This document shows positions 1-12,610 of a stretch of DNA of 64,000 nt, in pieces. Source of the stretch: Epiperipatus broadwayi. Its lineage: Eukaryota; Animalia; Onychophora. A model generated the notes under the pieces. It was not told where the DNA came from, made no database searches, and was given only the letters and a program-made list of their open reading frames with translations. The stretch is from the NCBI GenBank assembly GCA_028023455.1, contig JAQFVV010000001.1, positions 15,376,001 to 15,440,000 on the forward strand. The letters run 5' to 3'. Both the position numbers and the translations under genes were made by a program. The first letter of the stretch is position 1. Each line of letters starts with the position of its first letter.

Positions 1-1009
1 TGGTATTGAATGACAAAAAAAAAAAAAATTAGTTAAAAGTAATTAGAAAAAAAAAACAGAATAACTCAATTGGTGTGTGCTATTGTTCATAGCACTAGAT
101 ATAAATTGGGAGAAAGACACCAGAATTTCAATGCAGACAAGGACTCTGGAAAGAAGTTAAAAAACAAAAGCTAAATGAGAAGAACCAGCTAAGAAATTTG
201 ATTAATGGCATTCAAGAAAGACTTAAACTGGTCAGAACAGTATTTCCTAGTAGTTTAAGAAGCTGCTGAATCACAAACTTTTAAATGCCTAATATTTAAT
301 ATTCATAACAGATGTATTAATATTTATTTTGTCAATCTTCAATACTTCTTATTATTAGGTCATGTTGGTTTGTTAATTACAACTAATAATTATGTGAAGG
401 TGGAGTCAGTAGTCTCCAATATGCATACATCCCTGCCTGAGTATATGTATTTATGTAGAAATAGACTAGAATGATTGTAAATACTATAGTTATATATATA
501 TTTAAATTCATATTATTTTAAACCTAGTTGTTTGTTCTCTGTCTCCAAACTAATTAGAAATAGTTTACCTCACATTCTAAGAAAAGTACATGTTCAAATG
601 AGCAGTTGACTTATTATATCATTCTCATAATAAGGTTGCTAGAAGGAATACTTAAAGGAATTCTTTCAGCAATGAAAGTGAAGCTTAGGGAAAGAACTAC
701 CCTATAAAAATGGTTTAGAAATGAGAGTTTATTGCTTTACCATCTAATCTGAGTATCACTGTCATATAAGACAGTCAAGAAATATAACTGATTATAAGTT
801 TGATTATTATCATCAAAGTTGATATAAAATACTGCCAAATAAGATGTGATATATATTTAGTTGATATATTCATGATACAACAATATAATATTCAGTATAT
901 TTAGTGAGCCATAAAGTGTTGGCACAAGTTACATGATAAGGAATTATTATACATATATATGGGGTACAATGTGTCTAATATATGTATAAGGGGAATTTGG
1001 TACAATACT

Positions 1010-1110
1010 TTTTTTCCATGGGTCATAGCATTGGACAGAAAGCGAACCCACTAACCTGGGACAACTGCTTGTAAAGCAGCTGTGCTAACCTCTCGACCAC
1101 CAACCCTTGA
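1010..1110 (-). mobile_element. tRNA-derived SINE copy (Gly-like family, TTTACAA loop subfamily)
   Basis: Minus strand reads ggttggtggtcgagaggttagcacagctgctttacaagcagttgtcccagg...gggttcgct...atgctatgacccatggaaaaaaa: A/B-box-like motifs and A tail. Flanked by ttggtacaatact (997-1009) and ttggtataatact (1111-1123). Aligns to the 63461 copy. Confidence 0.85.
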
Positions 1111-2119
1111 TTGGTATAATACTTGTAACTTTCATTTTGTCATACAGGTAAACGACTCCCATAATTAATCATTATTATTCTTTTTCTTATTCTCTTTCCA
1201 ATGTTTTTTCCCTTATTATGTCAGGCACTTAGGTTAATACAGAATCCAAATAAATGTGAGTTTCTCATGCAATCAATCCTTTGCTGCATTAATGGTAACA
1301 GTCAAATTTTCTGTCTAGGCAACAAATTTCCAGCTTTTACTTACACAACAGTAACTTTAATTTCAATCTTTTTTCTTCTCATATTAAAATAGCTATACTC
1401 ATTTAAGAGTGGTTGATAGTGATATTTTTCTTTTGTATTACCCTTTTCTTTAATGTCAAAAATTGAGATTAATTGATGCCAATTTAATGAGTATACCTAC
1501 TTCTAATTTGCATCTTTTTATTTTACATATATATTTAATACAAATAAAATGTTTATTAATTAAAAACTATTATAATAACAATAAAAATAAATATAAGAAT
1601 AATTAGCTATTATATACAATCTTTCAATCCACAGAAAGTTCAAAAATTCATATGCTTTGTTTAGATGTGAACAGAGATATCTAGTTTGATGAGAATAAAT
1701 CAGGCTATAAGTAACTAATAAAATGCCTAAAAACATTTCAAAATGTGATGCTATGTTAATTTCAAAACAATTGGAATTTTTAATAATACTATATTTAGAC
1801 CTGGAAAATTGTGATATCTGGTTTAAAACATTTTTCATTTTAATTTATAAAAACAAAAGTGACAGAACAGAATACTATAATAGTCTTAAAATAACATTGT
1901 TATTCCCAGCAATAAAAGTCTTAGATCAACAATTACTAGAAATTTTATAACTTTACAGATTTAAAAAATGCTATAAATGTAATTTTGTAGCTAGGAAAAT
2001 GCAAAGATATAATCTACAATGATTTTGCCAAAACATTTGAAACAATCAAAAATGCTTGGGGCAATGTTTGAAAATAGCTGGTTGTCTGTGAACTACATAA
2101 AAGAAAGCATTAATAGTAG

Positions 2120-2214
2120 TCAAGTGTTGACGGCCTAGTGGTTAGCATAGCTGCCTTCCAAGCAGCTGGCCTGGGTTCGCTCCCCGGTCAAGGCATTTGA
2201 CATATGAAAAAAAA
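2120..2214 (+). mobile_element. tRNA-Gly(TCC)-derived SINE / retroposed tRNA pseudogene
   Basis: 2124-2195 closely follows eukaryotic tRNA-Gly(TCC) (agtggttagcatagctgccttccaagcag...gggttcg). Acceptor stem has a G-G mismatch. Followed by tttgacatatg and poly(A). Flanked by aaagcattaatagtag (2104-2119) and aaagcattagtagtag (2215-2230). Confidence 0.9.
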
Positions 2215-3710
2215 AAAGCATTAGTAGTAGAAACTGAAAATATAAAGCATTTGGAATGAAAAGATATGTTAAAAATACTTATATCTACTAATTTCAATTT
2301 TGTTTTCTATTTTTATGCAAAGAGTTTTGGAAAAAATTACAGGCAGCAATACTAATGAGGGATTTTTAACTTGAAGAAATTAAAAAAAAAACTTACATTT
2401 TTTTGGCTGTTCTAGAAGTTATTATACTATTTTTCTCATTTTCAAGGATAATCCACACCTTATTCTTAATATTTTAAATACAAATATATATATATAAACT
2501 TTGGCTCAGTGATTAACTTTCAAAAAAATTTCCAGCGAATAAGGTTGATTACAACATCAAAAATAGAATAATTTAAATATTTTGAAAGCTGTTTAGGTTA
2601 AAAAGACTATTTGGATATTGAGAATTAAAAATGTTGGGTCTATATTTAAAAATTCAAAGTTATAGGAATTTTCACAAGGTTTTATATTTTTTTAGATTCA
2701 TTGATAAGTTATATGTTTTTACTGGATATATTTACTATAGAGGATTAATTAATCATGAAAGTAAATTAATAAGTTATTTTTAAACAAATTTCAGGTTAAA
2801 AATATCGGAGTTGGCACATGTTGGAGTCTATTAATTACCCTGCTTTATTTGATTAAAGATTCTGATTTTTGTGTGTATGTAATTCATTTAAATTAATGAA
2901 AAAATAATATAAAATCTACAAAACAAAAAAAAAAATGCTATAAATGTGATAGTCATTTTATATAGAATTTTATTAAATTTTTCAATGGTAGTAATTATGT
3001 CATGGATAGCTTATATATATATTTTTTTAAAATGCATATTTTTTTAAGACTTTTTTTAAATCACAAATTTAAAATAAATAATGGAGAAATTATGTATGTG
3101 TTAAATAATTCAGTTATAATAAATATTAATAATTATATTCTTAATTTCTAAGAATAGTCTTTCCATAATAAAATATGAAAATTTATAAAGGTCCTGATGA
3201 ATTATTATTTCAAAATTATTTTCCAAAAAAAAAAAAGATTTTTTTTTTGTCTAAATGAGAATAATAAAAAATAGAATTAAAAATAAGTCAGATGGTATTT
3301 TGTTTTACAAATTAATGAATTCATTGACATTAATAGTAAAATTCATATACTGGGATTCATTTGTTTCATTAATCCAAAATGAAACACTGAAACAATTTCT
3401 ATGCTGCAGAAAGCTTACTGAATATACAGCAAGACTAAATATTTTAAACTTTACTATATCATATTTAATAACTGAAATACAGGCTTAATATATACCTGTA
3501 TCTATATATGTAATAAATAGGGTATATGACAAGAATCTCGGCCACCTCTTGCCTCAGGGTGGCTTTAAGCGTTCCATCATCTGATTTTCAATTGAATGGA
3601 AGGTTGTAGAGTTGGAGTGGATTGAAGCCTGTCCATTAAAGTATGAAGATTGGCTATCTTAAAATATATCTGAGCACTTATTGCATATATGTGTAGAGAT
3701 GATAATCTGG

Positions 3711-3754
3711 ATCAACTGATGATTGCTGGTTTAGCATGAAATACATATATTGGT
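3711..3754 (+). ncRNA. Minimal type I hammerhead ribozyme
   Basis: ATCAA-CTGATGA-t-TGCT-ggttt-AGCA-t-GAA-ATACATAT-A-TTGGT: intact core, 4-bp stem II closed by a U-U mismatch, near-palindromic stem III, stem I ATCAA/TTGGT. Predicted cleavage after 3749. Confidence 0.75.
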
Positions 3755-4135
3755 GATAATTTATCTTTTCAGCATATATGTGTTCAAGTGTATCAGTGTT
3801 AAGAGATAGAGTGGAGGGTCATGTGAAAGTCTGTGCTCATATACCCTATATATTACATATATAGGTACAGGTATATATTAAGCCTATATTTCAGTTATTA
3901 CATAGTAGTGTCCTGTAGATGAGGGGTCAGATTGACTTTAGGTCAACATGGGTGTGACGAGAATCTCGGTCTCAGGTTGGCCTTTAAGCGTCCCATCATC
4001 AAATTTTCAAATGGATGGAAGGCTGTAGAGTTGGAGTATGGAGTGGATTGAAGCCTGCCCATTAAAGTATGAAGATTGGCTATCTTAATATATATCTGAG
4101 AACTTATTGCATATATGTGTAGAGATGATAATCTG

Positions 4136-4180
4136 GAACAACTAATGATTCCTGGTTTAGCATGAAATACATATATTGGT
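4136..4180 (+). ncRNA. Degenerate hammerhead (second unit copy)
   Basis: acaaCTAATGAttcctggtttagcatGAAAtacatatattggt: G5A core change and a stem II mismatch relative to 3711-3754. Confidence 0.6.
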
Positions 4181-5275
4181 GATTGTTTATCTTTTCAACA
4201 TACATGTGTTCAAATGTATCAGTGTTATGAGATAGAGTGGAGAGTAGTGGGTCATGTGAAAGTCTGTGCTCATATACCCTATATATATATATATATCATA
4301 TTTAAAAAAATTTTAAATATGAGAATAGTGTAGAAATTTGTAAGAATGAAATTCCTTTAAGAATGGGTTCTATTACAGGATTTGTTACTCTCATAAAAAC
4401 AACTTCAAATATCATATCTATACTCTGTTTTATGCAAAAAAAAAAATCTCTAGTTTCAAAAATATAAGCAGCAACATTAAAAAACGTTACTAGATTAAGT
4501 TATAAAAATGCTAACTTACATTAACAAAAAGTTTTAAAATGCCTTTTTAATAAACTTCTCATATCTATGGAAACATTGTATGAATCTTTGCTCTAAAGTA
4601 AGATGATTTTCTAAGGCTATAGTGCTTAAAACTAAAGAATACATTTTGGCGACTTTCCAAAATGAAATATCAATGCTTCTCTAACATGTCTTGAGAATGG
4701 TATCTGATGTGCTAAAATAACATTAATATAAGTATTCAAAAAAAAAAAAACAAAAAAAAAAACATTTTGATCTCCACTAATCTATCATTAGCATTTTAGA
4801 AAAAAGTATCTATCTAGAAGAATTGCATATCAAGAAAAAAAAAATTGATATGTTTCCTTTATTTCATATTAAAAATGCTGGAGGAATAGATCATTTAACT
4901 TATTTGAAAGAAAAATTCATTTGGCACAATTAAGACATTGAGTTGTGAATTTTCATTACAAAAAAAATAATTGATTATCTATCTTGTCAATGGATTGTAG
5001 TTTAAAGATGAAATTCTTTAAAATAAGTTTTGAGAAATTTTGGATTTTTGGTCCAAAAGAGCATTAAAAATTTTGTTACAATTTTTTAAACATCAAACAA
5101 TATAAAAACTAAAAATGCTAAAGCTCATTAATATATATAAACAAATGAGAATAACTATATCACATATTAGACCCGATATTGGAGAAATGTATAAAAGATG
5201 ACAATTTTAGGTATCATATTTAAATTGATTTAAAGAAGTTCATTTTTATAGAAGTTATTTCAGTTATATTTTTTA

Positions 5276-5370
5276 TAGCAGCATACATTTTTCTCTCACT
5301 ACTTCTATGCCATTTACTCTAAGATTTAGTAAGTGGCATAGAGATAGTGAAAGAAAAATGTATGCTGCTA
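5276..5370. repeat. Imperfect hairpin (about 43 bp arms)
   Basis: tagcagcatacatttttctctcactacttctatgcca versus tggcatagagatagtgaaagaaaaatgtatgctgcta. Confidence 0.8.
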
Positions 5371-7502
5371 AAACAACAATTACTATTTAATAAAACATAT
5401 ATTCATGCATGCTTTTGATATTTGTGTTTCACACTTTGGTTTTGTCATTAATTTTATACATTATTAAGGTTTTTGGTGTACCACAAATTTTTATCATAAT
5501 CAAAAATGATCTATGAATTTTGAGAAGGCAAAGAACCACTACTTTAAATAAATGTTATCAGTGCTTACTTATGGATCTAATACTTGGAAACAAAAAAGTA
5601 GATATAAAACTTTTGTTGCACAACAATAATACATAGTAGCAGACATTGTGGCAAACCACAGAAATTAAGATATGTTTAAAAGCAAAATAAAAAAAAAATT
5701 AGAACAAATAGTTATAACTGATTTATTATAAAATATGAGACTGAAAAAGACAAATCATGGTTCAACAGATATAGATATCCACTGTGCTCTAATAATGAAT
5801 GTTGCAACATATTCTAAACTACATTTATTTTTTCTTTATAATTAGTGAATTGATAATGATGTGACCAACTTGAATTAACTGGAGAAAATTTCCAAGTTAT
5901 GCTGAGATATATAACGGTCAAAATGCACCCATCACAATTATTTACTATATATATATCATATGATAAAAAGATATGATCTTACAATTGTTTTCGTAAACAC
6001 ATATTGTATACAGACTTTATTTTTAAATACCCCTCCCTCCAACAATACACAAAACGATCCGTTCGTTAAAATTCATTTTTATTTTTAATTTGAAATCAGA
6101 TTAAACACGCATAAAAGATTTTAACATTATAAATCATTACTTTTCAATATTCATTTTATTAATAGAAATTCCTTTTAACAATTGTCAAATCTCCCAATAA
6201 TTGTACCACCTACAATTAATTAAAAAAAAAAGTTTCGAATGATCATTTTGCCAAAGTTTTTGTTCACGGGTTAATATCTTGATGATTAAATATAATACGT
6301 GAAGATGACATTAAAAATATACTCATTGTAACCCTGAGTCATTGCGAACATACAGTCGATTTCCTACTTCATTCAACCTCAAGTGATGTTTAATTAATGT
6401 TGGGAAATATTTCACTGCAATTTGAAACATATGGCTTTTGCGTTGCTAGGAAGTGGTTTCACAACAATTTTCTGAAATGATCTATGACCACCGAAAATAA
6501 ATATAATCCAATTAACGTTTAAAAAGCTCTTTTAAACTATTGACCTCATTTTAAAATCAAAAATAAGTTTAACAAAAATAATTCTAAAATGGAAAAAAAA
6601 GAGATTATTTTTGAAAGACACTATTCAATTAATTTGTATGGAAGAAATAAAACTTTAAATGGATGTAATGGAATATATTTATATACATCAATATAACTTG
6701 ATATTTAAATTAAGTTTTCTGATAAAAATATAAGTTAATAATTTCAAAATTATCTGGTTTTATTCGGATTAAAAAAAAGAAGAGACAATTCTGTAATGTG
6801 GGACGTTATTTTCAATCTTTGATAAAAATATTTATAGCAAACTTTACGCTGTGGTATGAAAAAAAAACAAATTAACATTACCCTATATATACTGAACTCG
6901 TTTCTAATCCAGTAGTCATATTTTCAGTTGTTTTCATCGTAAAAGAAATCTAAATTGTGATTATTAAAACCAGGGCCATTAAAAAACTGATTCCAAGTTC
7001 CATTTCATAAAAGTAAACTCCGTTTGTTAAAATATAAATTAGTAGTTTCTTCTTAATAAAACTTAAAAGATAGACGTAATGGATACTCAGCCAACCAGGA
7101 CTTTTATTTTCTAACTAAGAATACCTAGACATTCACTAACTGACCAATAGCTGAATGGTAACTGGGATGGTTATAGACTAATTGCTTGAAAAAAAAAATC
7201 GGTACAAATCTAGTTTAAAAATATTCATCTACCTGATTCAAATTCTAGGTTAAGAGCACAGCAGGATATGATAACTGTACAAAAGGATCTTTGTAATAAA
7301 AGACAGAAATAATAAAATCCAACATGTTTTAATGATAAAAAAAAAAAGATTATGTAGGAGTGTATCAAAAGCAGTTTACCTGCTTGTTTCAATAAAACAT
7401 ATTTATAAAAAAAAGTGTTAATTTAATAAACTCTCTCTCATACACAAATAATAATAATAAAAGTATTTTTTTAAACTTTTTAAATAAATTATATTGGAAT
7501 AG

Positions 7503-7664
7503 TGGTTTGAGTGTATGACATACTTCCTGTCATTTAATATTTAATTTTTTTGATTTGAAACTTCAGCTATTGCATTTCAGCATTTACTCCAGAAACAAAT
7601 GCAATAGCTGAGGTTTCAAATTAAACATTAAATGTCAGGAAGTATGTCACACACTCAAACCAAC
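7503..7664. repeat. Imperfect fold-back element (about 65-70 bp arms)
   Basis: ggtttgagtgtatgacatacttcctgtcatttaat...tttgaaacttcagctattgcattt pairs with aaatgcaatagctgaggtttcaaa...attaaatgtcaggaagtatgtcacacactcaaacc. Confidence 0.8.
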
Positions 7665-9329
7665 TCAGCCATAAAGTGTTATGCTTATGAAGCTGACAGC
7701 ATTGTCTTTTTTTTGGTAAATATTGGGATATTCAGATATGGATTTATTTCTGCAGTGATTTGTTCTAATATAGTTATTTTTACCTATAATCCTAGTGCTC
7801 CAGCTAAATGGCATTCTTTTAATTCAGATAGGTAGTAACTTAATTATTAGCAAAGTCTTCAGAATTGAAAGTCCTAAGCGTAAAAACCAGATAGAATATA
7901 TTCACAATGACTATCAGAAAAATAAAAAATTCTTGAAATAGAGAACTATAGAAATTTTTCTACTTGTCAAAATGTATGCATGTTAAGTTCTTTGTCTGAA
8001 TGAAAAGTTGGATTGACTAAACATACTTTAATTAAATGATAATAATCATGTTAGATTACCTAACATGATTACCATTGCTCTTAACATAATTTATTCTAAC
8101 ATCTCAATTCTAGAGGTAGAATATAAACTTTAATGAGGCCTATAGTGAAGTAACTATAACAGCAGAACTGAAGTGATATATATTGGTTAGAAAAAGATAA
8201 ACAAATCATATATACATAAGAATTCTGACAATGATAATAACTGATATACATACAACTAACAATTATAAAACAGTAAAAGCAAAGGATGAATTTATATAAG
8301 ATTTTCATTATAATGCTGAACCTAGAGAGCCAACAACAATGAGAGAGACTTGTAGATATTCTAGAACAATATAGATTGAAAGTGATGTTATTTTAACCTA
8401 TAAAATACACACAGCAACAACATAAGAAAGAACTAAAACCTTTAATATGGAAGTAATCCAATTTACAAGTTTAAAAAGAAATGAATACATTTTATATCTA
8501 GTTGAATGGTGAACTTGAGTTTAAAGTTCTAAGATTATTTCTCATCAGAGAAGCATAAAAAAAAAAAAAAAATCTAAATTCAATTAAGTGCTCAACCAAA
8601 GCTGTTTGAAAATCACATAGCTCTTCAAGCAATTAATCATTCTATTATTATTATTATTATTATTAATTGGCAAAAATATGATTGCAAGAGAAGAAAATAG
8701 AAGAGAAGTTTTTTGAATTGCAGACAAATTAAATATAATTCGGAGAATCTAAGAACAAAATTATTTATATATAAAAAAGCTCACGATAGAAGCTATCAAG
8801 AGCATAAAGAATATCAAAATATAAAAGAGAACAAATTTGCTACAGAGGCACTTAGTTAATGATAAGAGAACTATGAAAATCAGCATGGAGGAATAATGAG
8901 ATTACTAAGATGATTAAAAGTAATAAAGAAACATATTTAAAATAACTTGGAGATAAAAGGTTATATTAAAAATAATTTAGTATAAGAAGTGAAACAAAAA
9001 AATAAAAAAAATAGTAACAATAAGATAAAAATATACAAATAAAATATGACAAGTGGTACAAAAATCATGAGACCTGAAAGATAAAAAATGATTACAAACA
9101 TAGTATTGATCAAAAAGGATGGACAAAGTATTAAAAAAAAATTCTTCAAGAATTAACTGTTTTGCTTTTATTTATACACAAGAACACTTGGAAAGTAGAG
9201 AACCTATCTGTTTAGATTTGTTTTGAAGTGAAGAGAAAAAAAACCAAATAAAATGAGAGTTCTCTCTCTCTCTATATATATATGGATCAATATCCAAAAT
9301 TGCTTTAATAAGGTTTCACTTGAATAATT

Positions 9330-9960
9330 AGAGATGTTGAGATAACTGTTTGGAATGGAATACATTAAGAAGATATACCAATAAAAGAGAGAGCTGGTTT
9401 TCAACACAAATATATAAAAAGATCTAAAGAAGACCCTAAGAATTACAGAGAATTAGCAGTTATTCTTTGTTTCATCAGACTTAATTCTGAAATTCTTAGT
9501 GATTTAGTAGAAAGATAAATAGGGTATTATTCAGATGTTAGAATAAACATATAAAGAAAGTAACAAAAAATAGCAAACTACAATTGATGATGATCGAGTG
9601 TTACCCTTTGATCATTGTCCCTATTGGTTAATTAACCCAACTTGTCTTTGGAGCAGAGAATTTTACATACAAAAATCAGACAAAATTTTGAAATAAAGAA
9701 TCAATAGTTGACAATACTTTATATTTTGAAAATATTGTTGGGGAAAAGTTACGCAGTTTCACATTTGTACAGAGCATATAATATCCCTAGTAAATAGTTA
9801 TTAAGTGCTCAACAAAGATGAAAATTCAGTTCTATCTTAATCAGAGTGTTAACAATAGATTAAATATTCATTGTATTGCAGTCTATTACTTGAATTGCTT
9901 AAATCCTACGGAATTGGCATAGAAATTGCTTTATAGTTAATAAAGTGCAAAAAAAGTATC
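9330..9960 (+). pseudogene. Highly decayed non-LTR retrotransposon RT relic (RTE-like)
   Basis: tatataaaaagatctaaagaagaccctaagaattacaga decodes with a frameshift to IYKK-SKEDPKNYR, the motif before NYRPISL in LINE RTs. A later RAYD-like remnant is present. Many stops. Confidence 0.45.
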
Positions 9961-10982
9961 ATTAGGCAAGTCTGAAAATGAATATAAGAAAATGTGAATA
10001 TTTAATAAAAAAATAAGAATCTGATAATGAAATATAAGAGAAATAATGTATAATGGGGTTACTTTTTTTTTAAAAAAAAGAAAAGAAATAGTAAGTAGGA
10101 ATGGAAATATTATAAAAACTTAGCTGATTTTTTATAGAATAAATGAATAACAAAAAAGCTATAAGATTTTCATACATAATATTGTATGGAAAGAAATGCG
10201 AAATGCAAGTGGACCCCCCAAAAAAAAACAACAACAACAACAACAACAACAAATTATTCTCACTTTTTAAGAAAATATATCTAGATGATAAAAAATTGCT
10301 GGTGGAGAAAAATGTAGTGAATGATGCTAAAAAGGTTTGTTTTGAATACATCAGGAGGATAGAAAAGAAAGATTAATATAATGTATTATAATGGATATTA
10401 TATAAGGTAATTAAAGTCAATGTCTTCCCGTCAGATATTCATTTTTCTTCTCTAGGATTAGAGAGAGAAAAAAAAGAAGCTATGTAGACACGCATTTTCA
10501 TTTACATAGTGCATGTGTTTTATGTCAAAAATATAATTCTAATATAACAAATATTCTAATTAATCTGATCAATCTTTATAAATACCAAAAAATAAAATAC
10601 ATTTCAGAAAAAGAACTAATTTAAGAAAATTTGTTTGATTTCTATAGTAAAGAAATGTTTGTAGTAATATTTGCCTAAAGGTTTGTAATCATGGTATATT
10701 AGATGTGATAATATGTTGGACTATTTCCATCATCTATCATTAAATGTTGAATGTATCGAAAATTTTAAACTTTACAAACAACTTGTTAGTAATAATACAT
10801 AAATAGACAACACAGTTTAATAATTACACAATGTTTCAAGTAATATTATTTGCCACTCTGACTAGTGACAATATTAGCATAGGAGTCAAACCTACATCTT
10901 TCGATTCTTGAATATCAAATTTTAAGGCAATGCTCTAATCAACTGAAATATTCTGTCAAAGGTAACAGATGGTAAAAATTTC

Positions 10983-11460
10983 ATGAAGAATGGTTACCTA
11001 TCAGCTGTTATCAAGAAAATCTTTAATAGACAACAAAAAGAAACACCAAAAGAAAGAACAGTTATTGGCACTGTAGTGACTCCATATATATCAGAATAGC
11101 AGACAAATTAAAAAAAATTTGCAATCAATATAACATTAGAAGAGCTTTCCAAAGCCATACCACATTCCAAGAAATTCTAACTTTTACAAAGCCTAAACCG
11201 GAAATGCTGAAAAACAAAAAACTGCATATATGAAATACCATGTGAATATGAAAGGGAGTATATTAGTGAGAACTGTTGCCCTGTTGAACAGCAATTGAAA
11301 AACACTAATGGCTGAAAGAGAAAAAAACATGTGTCTGCAGTAATAGATCATGTATGTGCTAATGACTGTATGTTCAATTGGGAGAAAACCAAAATATTGG
11401 ATAGAATGGAATACGTGCAAAGAAAACAATTTAAGGAAGCTAAGAAGCTATTCATATGAT
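10983..11460 (+). pseudogene. PLE RT-thumb/linker and GIY-YIG endonuclease remnant
   Basis: MKNGYLSAVIKKIFN...NCIYEIPCE...DHVCANDCMFNWEKTKILDR...RKQFKEA with stops and frameshifts. Homologous to 35930-36410. Confidence 0.85.
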
Positions 11461-11720
11461 AAAGGCAAATAATCCTTTAAGTCAATCCAGTGTGACAATT
11501 CATAATGTATGGAAGCCATTAATTAATCTTGCTCTTAGAAAGAAAAAAAGAAAAATTGAACTCAGGAGGATTTGAACGAACCCTCATAGATAAGTATAAG
11601 AAATTTCTACTATCTGTTACCTTTGACAGAATAGGTCAGTTTGCATTAAAATTTGATATTCAAGAATCTAAAGGTGTAAGTTTGACTCCTCTGCTAATAT
11701 TGTCTCAGGTCAGGGCAGCA

Positions 11721-11765
11721 ACACCTGAAGAAGAGTGGAGAATAGTACTATTTGAAATGTTGTGT
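11721..11765 (+). ncRNA. Decayed minimal hammerhead in PLE terminal repeat
   Basis: ACAC-CTGAAGA-agagtggagaatagtactattt-GAAATGTT-GTGT. Consensus across copies is ACAC CTGAAGA A GAGAGG..CCTCTC GAA ACGT T GTGT. Confidence 0.7.
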
Positions 11766-12443
11766 AATTACTCACTTGTGTTGTCTATTTGTGTGTTATT
11801 ACTAACAAATTGTATTTGAAAAGTTTAAAACATAGTATATATATATAGTTATTAATGTATACAATGCTTCAAACGATATATAAACGCTGAAAAATTCCAA
11901 GTGCTCTTTATATCAATGCATAATTTTTTTTATCAGATTCCCAGCAAAAACAAAATGATCATTTGTCTACTATTTTGATTCTTATAGAAGTGGCATGTCT
12001 GATGAGAGCCATGTAAGCATTACCATATCACAAACATTAAGTAGAACTTATTTTAAAAACATAGTGCATACATTCATCAATAAATTATTGAAAATGATAA
12101 TCAGGCATATCCATACATGGAAATGCAAATATATTAAATAAAAATAAATATTCACATTTATAATTAATAATTTTACTAAAACTTAAATAATAATACCAAT
12201 AATGACAATAAAGAAAAAACCTGTTGAGAAAATTACTCCATTTACAACTTTGACAAAATCCACTCTAGATAAATATGATAATGGTTATCACTAATAATTT
12301 ATTAAACTAGAGATTATTTCTAGTCCAGATGTACTTTAAACCTTAGTTAAAGATTAATATGTGTTTTAAATAAACATACACATGGCGTAATTCATATTCA
12401 TATTGAACATAAGATGGAGATGTATTCGAGATAGTAACTTAGG

Positions 12444-12483
12444 CCAATTGACGAGTGTTGGTTCAGCCCGAAATGCATATTGG
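12444..12483 (+). ncRNA. Minimal type I hammerhead with C3U substitution
   Basis: CCAA-TTGACGA-GTGTTG-gtt-CAGCCC-GAA-ATGCAT-A-TTGG: stem I CCAA/TTGG, stem II 5 of 6 pairs, palindromic stem III. Predicted cleavage after 12479. Confidence 0.65.
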
Positions 12484-12610
12484 GGGGCACTATATTCATA
12501 TGTTTTAAAAACAATATTTAATGGTATGGAGATTATTAAGTACATCTATAAATTATTATTATGTATATTAAATTTTCTGCTAGAACTGGAAGATTAACTA
12601 GGCAATTTAA

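Larger units (their letters stand above)
3469..4291 (+). mobile_element. Hammerhead-bearing non-coding insertion: 5' inverted piece plus about 1.75 tandem copies of a ~430 bp unit
   Basis: 3469-3530 is the reverse complement of 3837-3902. 3527-3850 repeats at 3955-4285. Direct repeat tatatcatatttaa at 3455-3468 and 4292-4305. Confidence 0.85.
10668..11830 (+). mobile_element. Penelope-like element fragment with inverted terminal repeat (locus A)
   Basis: 10668-10985 (minus) is an inverted copy of the terminal region found at 11600-11830 and at 36530-36850. Inversion junction at palindrome ttcatgaa (10980-10987). GIY-YIG remnant lies between. Confidence 0.9.

Noticed and set aside
55-250. RTE 3' end relic
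   Set aside because: Only faint resemblance; not supportable by eye.
2124-2195. Functional tRNA-Gly(TCC) gene
   Set aside because: G-G mismatch in the acceptor stem, altered T arm, poly(A) tail and TSD indicate a retroposed copy.
3528-3585. Minus-strand hammerhead ending in GTC at the inversion junction
   Set aside because: The three-way layout is possible but the core reads CTTAAA and GAGA in both copies; a much better hammerhead lies on the plus strand at 3711-3754.
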